Assembly: GCF_006345805.1 (NCBI RefSeq)
Contig: NC_043003.1
Location: forward strand, 75,702,001 to 75,766,000
Reading direction: 5' to 3'
Source of the DNA: Octopus sinensis
Lineage: Eukaryota
DNA length: 64,000 nucleotides
Shown here in pieces: positions 39,741-51,071 of the stretch. Position 1 is the stretch's first letter. Each line of letters begins with the position of its first letter. A program made the translations under genes and the position numbers. The notes under the pieces are model-generated. The model made no database searches and was not told where the DNA came from. It saw only the letters and a list, made by a program, of their open reading frames with translations.

Positions 39741-42170
39741 TATTTGTGATAAAGACCGAAAAACGATGTCTGTGTTTCGTTTTCAAACCAGGAATTTATT
39801 TAAATATGGAAAATAAAAAAATGTAGAAGCAGAGAATAAACTATTAAAAGTAGGTAAAATATCATTTCAAAATATCGCGATTGGACAACGTTGACAAAAT
39901 CGAATGCATGAACAATACATAGCAAGACTATACACATAAGGAGTTGAATAATTAATAGCTTTTGGGTGTCACCAAAACGCAGCGTAATTGATAGGTTGTA
40001 GGTCTGACAAGCATAAGTTCGTGCATTTGATCACTGATTGCTCTATGCGTTGTGTCTTTGACGGCGGCAATTTATTTTAAAGTTTGCTCAAGTATAGTCA
40101 GCTAAAAAATATAAGCAAATGTGTCTCGCCGAAGATGTTACATCCTCACATTCTCTGAGAGAAGTATGTGGTGATTAAGTACATATCAAATCATAATTGC
40201 TTTTGTTTTACTGCAAGGTTTATATATACGCACACGAGCACACGTAAAAAAAAAACACACATTTACACACACCAATATCCCCGCATCCCCGCATAAATAT
40301 ACATATATGTGCACGTGCGTGTGTGGGTGTGTGCATGTCTAAAGTTAAGATCAAAGGATCACAGTGTAGGAAGATAGTAAGACTCAAGCAGTAGAAGGCA
40401 TTTACAACAGCGCTCATGAATAATAGTGGTTTATTGACGTAGGAGGTTGTAAATTTTTCCGGTTATGGAATTTTGAAAAGCTGGAAAATTGTTCGATTTA
40501 TATATCTAAGTAAGTGTATGTGAGGCGTAGAGGCTTTATTATTTACATATACGTACAAAATTCCTCCTATATTCTTACCAAATATCAATGTATATCATCT
40601 TACATATTGCAAATTGTATTGCTTTTTGAGCTTTGTCTGATGAGATGAACATAGATCACATGCGATGTGTTGTGTCATTATACAATCATTTATATTCATA
40701 TCCATATCAATATTCCTGACGGATGTGAGTCATGTAATGTTGAAATAATCGAATGGAAGAAAAATAAATGTATTACTACAAATTCTTGTCTTCAATTATA
40801 CATACAACAACACAAACGCACGCACACACGCATGCATACACACACGCACACACACACATAGACACACACAAACTAAAAACCATAGTTATATATGAAAATA
40901 GATCGCGGGATATGTTAGCAGTTCCTCCGGGTTGTCCAGCCAACAGTGTGACCATATATGATTCTATTGGGCAAATAAAGTCATCTTAATCGAATAAAAT
41001 GTGTGGAAATAAGGATTTGGTTAAGAATTTGAATCCAAGTGTATCTCACAAATTTGCAACGAGACCAGGAAAAAGAGAGACATGGCAATCCATAATGGAT
41101 AACATTATAACTTCATATTATACCGCTTATGTTCTTCATGGAACATTTACTTTTCAATCAATATATGTGTATTAGTATATACACACACACACATATATAC
41201 ATGCATATATATATATATATATGCATATATATAAATATATATATATAAATATATACATATATATAAATATATACATATATATAAATATTTATATACATAC
41301 ATATATATATTCATTAATAGCTATATATGCATTCATATATGTCTATATACGTGTGTGTGTGTGTCGCGCGCTTGTGTACGTGTATGTGTGCTTTTGACAA
41401 AGTGAAAAATAAATAAGTCTGATTTTTTTTTCCACTTTAATGGTTATGTGTTTACAAATCATTATATATATGTGTGTGGGTGGACATGGAGCTGGTGGAC
41501 GGGTTGTATTTATATATATGTATATATATATATATATATGTTTGTGTGTGTGTGTGTGTAAGAGCTTCTGCAAAAAATAATTCAATACTGTCAGAATGTT
41601 TAAAGAAATATATTCTTAAAAATTACCTTTTTTAAAATAAAAAAAAAACTAATTCACGTTACTATGGTTTTTCTAGTATATTTTCAATTAGTTTGCAACT
41701 TTTAAGAAATTCTTTCTTCAAATTTATGTAAGTGTTTTATGAATATATATATTAATATATATATATATATATATATACTAGTGTGTGTATAGATATATGT
41801 CTATATGCATGTATTCCTGTATTTTTTCTTTTTGTTACCCTTCCAATGAAAGTAATGATGAAAGTTTTAAAAGGTTTTGAACTGACTGCAGAATGTCGAA
41901 TACCACCAATTAAAACTTATGCGTTCTTAATAACATAACTTTCCGAATAGTCATAACTCAACACTCACCGACATTCAGTCTCACATTCATCCTCCAGTTA
42001 GTTGTAGAAGAAAATATGATTTCATTAAAATGATTCAGTACCTTCCTACTACCTGAAGAGTTCACTATTTCTACCATTTTGATTAAATCTTTGTGCTCAG
42101 CTTATATTCAATTCGAATGCATTAACCTAATAATTGAACATAGCAAGTGATCTGTTATCTTGTAATGTTT

Positions 42171-42540
42171 AGGCGCAATGGCCCAGTAGTTAGGGCAGCG
42201 GATTCGCGGTTTCGATTCCCAGACCGGGCTTTGAGAGTGTTTATTGAACGAAGACACCTAAAATTCCACGAGGCTCCGACAGGGGGTGGTGGCGAACCCT
42301 GCTGTATTCTTTAACCACAACTTTCTCTCACTTTTTTCATGTTTCTGTTATACATGTATTTCAAAGGGCCAGCATTGTCACACTTTGTGTCACGGGGATA
42401 TCCCCGAGAACTACGTTAAGGCTACATGTGTCTGTGGAATGCTCAGTCAGTTGCAGGCTAATTTCAGGAACAGGCTGTTCCGTTGATCGGGTAACTGGAA
42501 CCCTCGTCAGCGTAAACGTCGGAGTGCCACCAGTAACACT
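42171..42540 (+). mobile_element. tRNA-derived SINE (17801-type head, different 3' tail)
   Basis: aggcgcaatggcccagtagttagggcagcgg...ggtttcgattcccagaccggg; tail caggctgttccgttgatcgg..actggaaccctcgtc. Confidence 0.75.
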
Positions 42541-42624
42541 CCAAAACGACATAACTTCATTTATCAATTTGTAGAGAAAATCTTTTATATTCAGCACACC
42601 ACCTGCTAAAGCAGAATCTATATA

Positions 42625-43550
42625 TTGTGTCATCCCATAAATAATGGGACCTTTTTTCAATTGCATAAACTAAAATCAGAGAGATACGGGATAAGCTACT
42701 TGCATCAACCGGTTATAAATGCAGGTAGTAAGTTTACTTTGTCCTTATTCTTTATGCAAATTTTAAAGAATACCGTTCGATTTGAACAGTTATTTTTTCA
42801 AAGCTATAATGGAAGTGACAAAGGAGCCTATTCGGCATATTTTGCTTTATGTGTTCAAGAAAGGTAACAACACAACGGAAAGTGTGAGGAATATTAATCC
42901 AGTATATGGGGATCGGACAATAAGTGTAATCCAACTTCAACGGTGTTTCCAGAAATTCGGAGCCGGAACCTACAGCCAAGGAGACGAGTCTCGTCCTGGA
43001 ATATCTGCAGAGCTTGACGCGGATGTCTTGCGAACCCTGGTGGGAAAAAGAATCCCACCATAACTGTTGAGCAACTAGCAGAGAAGGTTGGATTTGGTCA
43101 TTCAATTATTCACTGACGCCTGCTCAAGAAGGAAAACGACCATCTTTGGTTTGAAGACAAAAGGTGTTCTTCCATCAGGATAATTCTCGGCCACATACAG
43201 CGAGGATGACTAATCCCAAAGGCGGGAGCAGTTTAAATGGGAAAGGATGTCCCACCCAACATATTCGCCGACATTTCTCCACCTGATAATCTGTTATTCC
43301 GCAGTCTTCAAAATCATTTGTACGGAAAAATTATGGATTCTGTAGACGATTGAAAAACAGTACTGGAGGAGTATTTTCATCACGGACAAGTGAATTTTGG
43401 AAGAGGGACCTTGCACATACGCCAGAGAGATGGAAGTGCATTTTAGAAAATGAAGGAGATTATATTTTATATCAAAAAGGACGTTGTTTATCCTAATTTT
43501 GAAAAATAAAAGGAATATAACAAAAAATGCATTGTATATGGGATGACCTA
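42625..43550 (+). mobile_element. internally deleted mariner (SETMAR/Mos1-like) with both TIRs
   Basis: TIRs ttgtgtcatcccataaataatg (42625) and cattgtatatgggatgaccta (to 43550) with flanking TA; HTH MEVTKEPIRHILLYVFKKGNN..GDESRPG; C-terminal FFHQDNSRPH and HPTYSP; middle of the catalytic domain missing; 926 bp. Confidence 0.85.
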
Positions 43551-44299
43551 TAATGTGATCTCGATATTCTACATCTGTGATAGGTATGTATCTATGGTGT
43601 ATGCCTTTATATAGGTATATATGCATTTATATAGGTACGTATTAATGTAAGTATATCATACCGTGCAAAATAGCAAAATAACGACATTTTCAATGACAGA
43701 ATGACTTCCATTACAGTTCTGCTCGATTAAGGCTTCACTGCATCAAACTGATAGCATCAACAATAACTACAATAATAGCAATAACAATAACAATAACACC
43801 TCGATATCACGATCATCAACTGGCACTGCAGAACATAATTAGTTATTTTAAAATAACCTCTAGATTTGAACACATATCGTAAATGAACAGGTGTATTTCG
43901 CACATTCGCTCTACAATATCTGCTACTGCTTACTTTCCATAGAAACACATGTTGCTTCGGAAGATGACGCAACTGATATATGATGCCCACATATTCAGAT
44001 TGCAAGATGAGATTGCATCTAATCTCATATATTAAGTATTGATTTTCTTGAATGCCTCAAAACTCTGCTTGTTCAATATTACATAGGAAATCCGATATTT
44101 ATATTAAAAATGCCTGTAGATTTCTCAGAGAACAGGGAACTTTTCCTAATGGATTACATTACCTTTACAAATAGAATCATTTTAAGACTCATAGCTGAAA
44201 ATTATATGTAGTCAGTGGACAAAATATATATATGTACCAGTCATGTGATTCTGCATTAAGTTTCAACTCGCTGTTATCGTTCTGTTTCAGAAGATCACG

Positions 44300-44480
44300 G
44301 TGGCGAGCAGTCAAAACAGTAAGTACGAGAAAATGCTTAACGAAGTTTCTTCCTGCTCTTAATATTCTGAGTTCAAATATCGCGAGATCACGTTCGCCGT
44401 TCATCCTATCGATGTCGGTAAACGAAAGTGTCAGGCAACAATTGGGATTTGACTTTCCTCTCTTTGCGAAATTGGTGGTC
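44300..44480 (+). mobile_element. SINE remnant (61963 family), highly diverged
   Basis: ggtggcgagc...aaatgcttaac...ttctgagttcaaat. Confidence 0.55.
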
Positions 44481-44552
44481 TTCTACAAAATTAAAATGAT
44501 TTTATATCAGTCACAATATTCACACACACAATCGTACACCCAGATGCTTTCG

Positions 44553-44687
<135 letters not shown>

Positions 44688-44888
44688 CGTATATAAATAA
44701 TTAAATATATACATATATATACATAAGCATATGTACTCACACACGCAAGCACGCACATATAAACACACACATACATATGAATACATATATACGTACATAT
44801 ATATATCTATTTGTTATTTTATACATATCTTTCTCTATGTATATGTGTGTGTGGGGGGGGGTGTTTGTGTTTGTGTGTGTGTCTATAG

Positions 44889-45197
44889 AATAAGATGACA
44901 CAATAGAGAGGTAATTAATATAATTTTATTTATTATTTAAAAAATTGACAAACATCCTTTACATTTGTTTCAATTCCCGACCTTCAGAAAATTAATTAAT
45001 TAGATTAAAACTTAGTTGAAAGTCGAATCTCTTCAGAGGTAGTTTAAGATATACAAAATAGCCGAGTAAACAGCTGCAAACGCTAATTAATTAATTTTCT
45101 GATGGTGGGGAATTGAAACAACTGTAAGGGATGTTTGCCAATTTTTTGATTAATAAACAATTATTAATTAATTACCTCTCTATTTTCTTATCTTATT
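44889..45197. mobile_element. inverted-repeat (MITE-like or PLE-derived) element, ~115-bp arms
   Basis: aataag...tagagaggtaattaat...ttcagaaaattaattaattag (to ~45004) pairs with ctaattaattaattttctga...attaattacctctcta...cttatt (from ~45083). Confidence 0.7.
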
Positions 45198-45446
45198 ATA
45201 ATAAATAAATATATATAAACCACGGTTAATATAGTTATCTTGCAGTTGAGTATTAACTGTAAAGTTCAATATTCTTTGTATAGTTAACTAACCAGTCCTT
45301 TCATAGGATTTTGCAGTCCTGAATGAAGTTTGTAACCTTTATTTGTGCTATGTATATATATATATTCAAAATCTAATCACATGTGACTTGTTGGAAGTCT
45401 TTTTTCTCTCCGTCTTCCTTTTCTATTGGACTGTCTTCTGTCCCCT

Positions 45447-45481
45447 GTTTCTGAAGAAGAGCATTTCTCGAAACGTAAAAC
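45447..45481 (+). ncRNA. minimal type I hammerhead ribozyme motif
   Basis: GUUU-CUGAAGA-A-GAG cauuu CUC-GAAA-C-GUA-AAAC: 4-bp stem I, 3-bp stem II, palindromic ACGU stem III. Confidence 0.7.
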
Positions 45482-47624
45482 CACCATTCTTTCCTTCCCT
45501 AGCGTCTGCTAATAGTTTACATGTACCATGTCCTCGCATTGTTGATTTTGTGCTTGCTTTTCGTTTTTAGGAATTAATATATATATTCCATGTCTCTTTT
45601 AATTTCTCTACTTTCGTCCTTAAGTTACCTTCCTACCTCTCTTATTCGTTACTATTTTCCTCCAATTTTAGCTTCTTTCATTGCCTCTATCTTTAGCCGA
45701 GTGTTAATACCGCGCTTCGTTTAATCTTTCTCCCTTTCCTCCATCCTTTCTTTAACGTTCCTATTTTTAAAATAGGAACATTGAAATCTTGACTAAATGC
45801 AATTTTCCGTCATTTGTATTGACGATTTCTATCTTAAAATATGTGATTGGAAATTAAAGACGAATTGAAGAAATATAGCTGTAAACTTCCCTGCAAATTC
45901 TAGTTAAAAAGAAAGCGCCAATTTAAGTACAAAAAATGTGGTAATGTAAACAAAAGAGAGAGCGAGAGTACCAGAAAACAGAAAGAAACAGAGATAGAAA
46001 AAATGTGAGCGATTGAAAGAGATCATACATCACTCAAAGATCAACTTTGTTAAAGTTTTCAAGCGTTCATGAAATTGTCATTGATTAAAACACGATACTG
46101 TCACTAGAATATGCATATGCGTTCAATGCATCAGATAGTAATGCAGGACTGTCATCAGAGAGAGATACAAACAGCAAGAAGTGCCATTATTCCGAAGTGC
46201 GAAGACAACATTGTCAAAATATAATAAACTGTTCCTTATGGATATTTGTGGCCAGATCAAAATTTTATAGAATATTTCACTTGTATGGTAGTTTATGCCT
46301 ATTAGATTTTGTGATATGACAATTCTTTGGGCAATTTGCATCAAAGTCAAATTCTCTTTTGCAGTTTGCAGTTAACTTATTTTTCTAAGATGCAGTCTCA
46401 GGGATTGTGCTGCGATAGAACGCATCAAAAAAAGTAATGTCTGTCATTACTCATTATATCAAAAATGTGCTCATTTTTGATATAATCGACTTAGCTAAAT
46501 GTTGATTGTGCGATGTTTGTTACCATTTTAATAACTATTGGGAAAAACTATTTCCTTTATGAAGTCTTACGCTACGAAGAATCCTTGGCAATATTTAAGC
46601 CTTCTCAAGACAAAGCAATTTGAGAGTCTTGCATCATGTTGGAAATATACATTCCTCAATGCTCACGGCTGGATGCTGAAGTACTTTAAAAAGATATAAA
46701 AAGCTACAAGTTCAGACGTCTCGAACTAGCTGTCGAACCTGAAATGGGTTTTGTAGTATTTGTGACGCAAAGGAGACATTTTGTCAAGAATCTTCTTTGA
46801 GCGTATTTACGTATGTAGTGTTGAACGACGCCTCATTGTAGTTCATACATACACCTAGGTCATATTGAAGCTATCATATTGTCTCACAAGTAGCCGATCA
46901 GCATGTTCCATATCACAGGTACATATATATTTGACAATATAACAAGTTAATAAAATGGGGAGTAGAGCCGTGTATTGTAATATTTCCCTCATACTAATTG
47001 ACATTTCAGATACTTCTCTCCTACTAAAAGCTATTCAGAGTAATCAGTGATCCGAATATTTATAGCTTACTGTTTTGCAACGATTTTTCATTGTATGACC
47101 AGTTAACATGATTGGACTTTTCAACACAGATTTGAAATCATTGTATAGATAATACTTGAACAAGGCAAAAAATTTGTTGTCTAACATTTTTTTCTATCGC
47201 AGAAGCTGTGTCAGATATGTATAATCAAAACGCACTTGTCGATTTAAGTCTTGTATTACTCTGCAAAGTAGGACATATTTGCACCTAGTGAAATCAGTAT
47301 TCCATAACGAAAGACTGTTATTGAATGGACAAGGCTGCGTTGCTAAAACAAAGTGGAAAGCTAAAGAACATGAATAAATAAACATACTAAATCACACGCA
47401 TATAGATAAGGGCATAAAAAAATTCACACACACATGCACAGAATATACATCTCTGTTAATTTCCCCTAGGGAATTTATTCAATGTATTCAACACGGAAAT
47501 CCATTACCATCGGTCGATTTACACTCTATACGTGTTTCGGAACACCAATATTGCTAACAGACATAGACAGACACACAAACAGACAGATACACACACACAC
47601 ACACACACCACACACACCAACACA

Positions 47625-47660
<36 letters not shown>

Positions 47661-47784
47661 ACACACACATACACACCACACACACACACACCACACAAAC
47701 ACACACACATGCACACACATACACAAACACATGCAAAAAGAGCATTTACCCGGTTATGTTAGCGGTCCGTTCTCTCAATATTTC

Positions 47785-47838
<54 letters not shown>

Positions 47839-47916
47839 CCTTAAATATATGTGCGGTTGTGCGTGTGCATCTATGTACATATTCATAAGTGTACCTATAC
47901 AAATGTACAAATAAAC

Positions 47917-48360
47917 AATGGTCCAGTGGTTAGGGCAGCGGACTCGCGGTCGTAGGTACGAGGTTTCGATTCCCAGACCAGATGTTGGGAGTGTTTATTG
48001 AGCGAAAACAACTAAAAAGCTCCACGAGTCTCCGGCAGGGAGTGGTGGCGATCCTTGCTGTACTCTTTCGACAGAACTTTCTCTCACTCTTTCTTCTGTT
48101 GTCTAACATTTTTGTTGTCTAACATTTTTTTCTATCGCAGAAGCTGTGTCAGGTATGTATAATCAAAACGCACTTGTCGATTTAAGTCTTGTATTACTCT
48201 GCAAAGTAGGACATATTTGCACCTAGTGAAATCAGTATTCCATAACGAAAGACTGTTATTGAATGGGGTGGCGTCATTTGAAGGTTAAAACAATGTGAAG
48301 CACTTTGTGACCAACGATGTGTAGCAACATCTGATAGTCTGGTCTGTCACGTGAACGTGA
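47917..48360 (+). mobile_element. tRNA-derived SINE (17801-type head, third tail type) interrupted by a locally templated insertion at 48097-48266
   Basis: caatggtccagtggttagggcagcggactcgcggtcgtagg...ggtttcgattcccagacc; tail tgtgaccaacgatgtgtagcaacatctgatag. Confidence 0.78.
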
Positions 48361-48369
48361 ATATATATT

Positions 48370-48411
<42 letters not shown>

Positions 48412-48606
48412 CTATATATATATATATATATGTATATAGATAGATAAGAAAGTTGGTTTGTGAAAGCACGTCGTTGAATATATAGAAAATAGTAAAAAGT
48501 GAAAAAACTAGAGAAGGCTTGTTTTAAAAGGTTAAAGAAAATATATTTAAGTCAATATGTCTGAAGAATATTATAAATTTTTTTTCTTACAATGACATAA
48601 TTTAGA

Positions 48607-48643
48607 AGAAAGACCGGTTTCGCGTTTAGCTTTTCAAATTTCT
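48607..48643 (-). ncRNA. minimal hammerhead variant (U3-A8 core) in PLE1 pLTR, left arm
   Basis: AGAAA-U-UUGAAAA-GC uaaac GC-GAAA-CCGGUC-UUUCU; palindromic ACCGGU stem III, GUC cleavage triplet. Confidence 0.6.
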
Positions 48644-48996
48644 GACGTCGTTATGTTTATGTTTCGAAGAGTTATCGTTATGTTTATGTTGAAAAGAGTT
48701 CTAAATAAGGGGAGGTAATAAGTGATTTCTTCCGGTGTCAGGGAGATAATCGCTTAAATTTCTTTCCTTTCCTTTGGGGTGAATTTCTGTGTATAAGTAT
48801 GTTGGAATGGTTAAGTCTGGGCTTTTACTTTTCAATGAAGAATGTTTCCTTGTTTAGTCTAGTTTGTGTTGATGATCCGATAGCACATTGGTAAAATGTA
48901 AGGTAGTATTTTCGAGGAAGGTGTGTTGTTGTGTTGAACTTTTCTTAAAGTTTCTATGTTGATTTCTGTTGCACGTCTGATCCCATCCTCTATAGC

Positions 48997-49694
48997 ATGG
49001 GATCAGACGTGCAACAGAAATCAACATAGAAACATATCTACATTCAACCCCAGAAACAAAGAAGCCTTCACCATCATCACCCAGAATTTACCAATACTTC
49101 ATAAGGACCCAAAATTAAAGGAAATTCTAAACATACACCAAATCATTAAAAGCTACAAACAACCTAAATCACTTAAAAAGATTCTCACAAAGGCAAAATT
49201 GTTTTCTGAAATTACGGATGCAAAAGTTAAAAAAATGTGGTAGACCGAACTGTGCAACATGTCCAAACCTGCTAGAAGGATCAGAATTCCTCTTCAAAGA
49301 GGGGCAGAAATTCAAGATCAAATCTAATTTTACTTGTGCCTCTGAAAACATAATTTATGTCATAAAATGCTCGGGCTGCCACCAAGACTACGTGGGATCC
49401 ACGGGACTATCTCTCAGACGTAGATGCACACTGCATCGACAACAGATTGCATTCCCAGAATACAGAATGATACCTTTTAGTGAGCACATTGAGAAATGCG
49501 CAAAGCAACTACTACCACAATTTTTAATCTTTCCATTTTACCAATGTGTTATCGGATCATCAACACAAACTAGACTAAACAAGGAAACATTCTTCATTGA
49601 AAAGTGCAAGCCCAGACTTAACCATTCCAACATACTTATACACAGAAATTCACCCCAAAGGAAAGGAAAGAAATTTAAGCGATTATCTCCCTGA
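48997..49694 (+). pseudogene. PLE RT-thumb/linker plus GIY-YIG endonuclease C-terminal fragment, frameshifted near 49235
   Basis: KKCGRPNCATC..FTCASENIIYVIKCSGCHQDYVGSTGLSLRRRCTLH..EH..RLNKETFFI..PRLN: GIY-YIG (IIY..YVG) with Cys-rich linker and CCHH-type residues typical of PLE endonucleases. Confidence 0.85.
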
Positions 49695-49787
49695 CACCGG
49701 AAGAAATCACTTATTACCTCCCCTTATTTAGAACTCTCTTCAACATAAACATAACGATAACTCTTCGAAACATAAACATAACGACGT

Positions 49788-49826
49788 AAGAAATTTGAAA
49801 AGCTAAACGCGAAACTGGTCTTTCTT
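49788..49826 (+). ncRNA. minimal hammerhead variant (U3-A8 core) in PLE1 pLTR, right arm
   Basis: AAGAAA-U-UUGAAAA-GC uaaac GC-GAAA-CUGGUC-UUUCUU, ~95 nt after the EN stop codon; C>T breaks the stem III palindrome. Confidence 0.55.
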
Positions 49827-49941
49827 CTAAACTATGTCATTGTAAGAAAAAAATTTATAATATTCTTCAGACATATTGACTTAAATATATATTCTTTAAC
49901 CTTTTAAAACAAGCCTTCTGTAGTTTTTTCACTTTTTACTA

Positions 49942-49997
<56 letters not shown>

Positions 49998-50008
49998 TAT
50001 ATATATAT

Positions 50009-50089
<81 letters not shown>

Positions 50090-50595
50090 AATACATACAT
50101 ACACATACAAACACACACACTTGCACACACAAATATTTTCGAATAATAGACTTGCGATATTACCAGACGAACTAACTACAAAAAAAGAATCATGTCGTTG
50201 CAACTCAACAACGTAACTTTTCTTCCTCTTTCATATAGAGTTGCTGCAAATTGCTGGACCTTTCAACGTTACGATGTTAGAAATTACATTCACTCATTAG
50301 GATCGGAAACTCAAAACATGCTACCACGTGCATCGAAGCTATGCAACATGCACGCCTAGGTATATATATATATAAGAAGGGATGTCCACTAAGTTCTTCA
50401 GAATGTTCTCTAGAGAACATTCTTTTCTTTGTGGTTAGATCGTAGGTTATCTATTTCTAGCATATTGGATGTCCACTGCGTGGTCATCCATTCTAATACG
50501 CATGTAATACAACTTTTCTGAATTTTCAGATTTTTCTATATACTAGGCTACTGGTTTTAAATTGATGTTAAATTAATATTCAATTTATCACCCTC

Positions 50596-50625
<30 letters not shown>

Positions 50626-50631
<6 letters not shown>

Positions 50632-50743
50632 AGGATATCTAAGAGATAACACCACGCTAGAAATAGTAGCCAAAACTTGATTCTACAACGACATTTAGGC
50701 TGTTATTTCAAGCCTGGTATTATCTCTTAGGTACCCTAAATTA
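50626..50743. mobile_element. short hairpin MITE-like element (~50-bp imperfect arms)
   Basis: taatttaggatatctaagagataac..gctagaaatagtagcc pairs with ggctgttatttcaagc..tattatctcttaggtaccctaaatta; adjacent to (TA)n. Confidence 0.6.
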
Positions 50744-51032
50744 TAATTTTAATAATAATTTGAATGTTTTTATTTCCATGCTTGGCCACCTGATAAGTTC
50801 GATATTTAAATAACGATATTTTCCTTATGTATATATATATATATATATCGAAAAGATGTGTTATACTATTTCCCATATTCAAATAGGATTGCCATAGTAA
50901 CTATCAAGTAATATTATTCCACATGTAAAACAGTCATGCCAACAACCGAACATACCTCCATGTTTACCAATCTAGTTTTTGATACATACATTTGTGAGTG
51001 TGTGCGAATGCACTCTCGTGTGTATATATATT

Positions 51033-51071
<39 letters not shown>

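Larger units (their letters stand above)
48430..49947. mobile_element. Penelope-like retroelement 1 (Neptune-like), 5'-truncated, head-to-head inverted duplication, inside (TA)n/(CT)n
   Basis: 48484-48898 is the reverse complement of 49534-49947; perfect 37-bp hairpin at 48950-49033; GIY-YIG ORF in the right arm. Confidence 0.85.
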
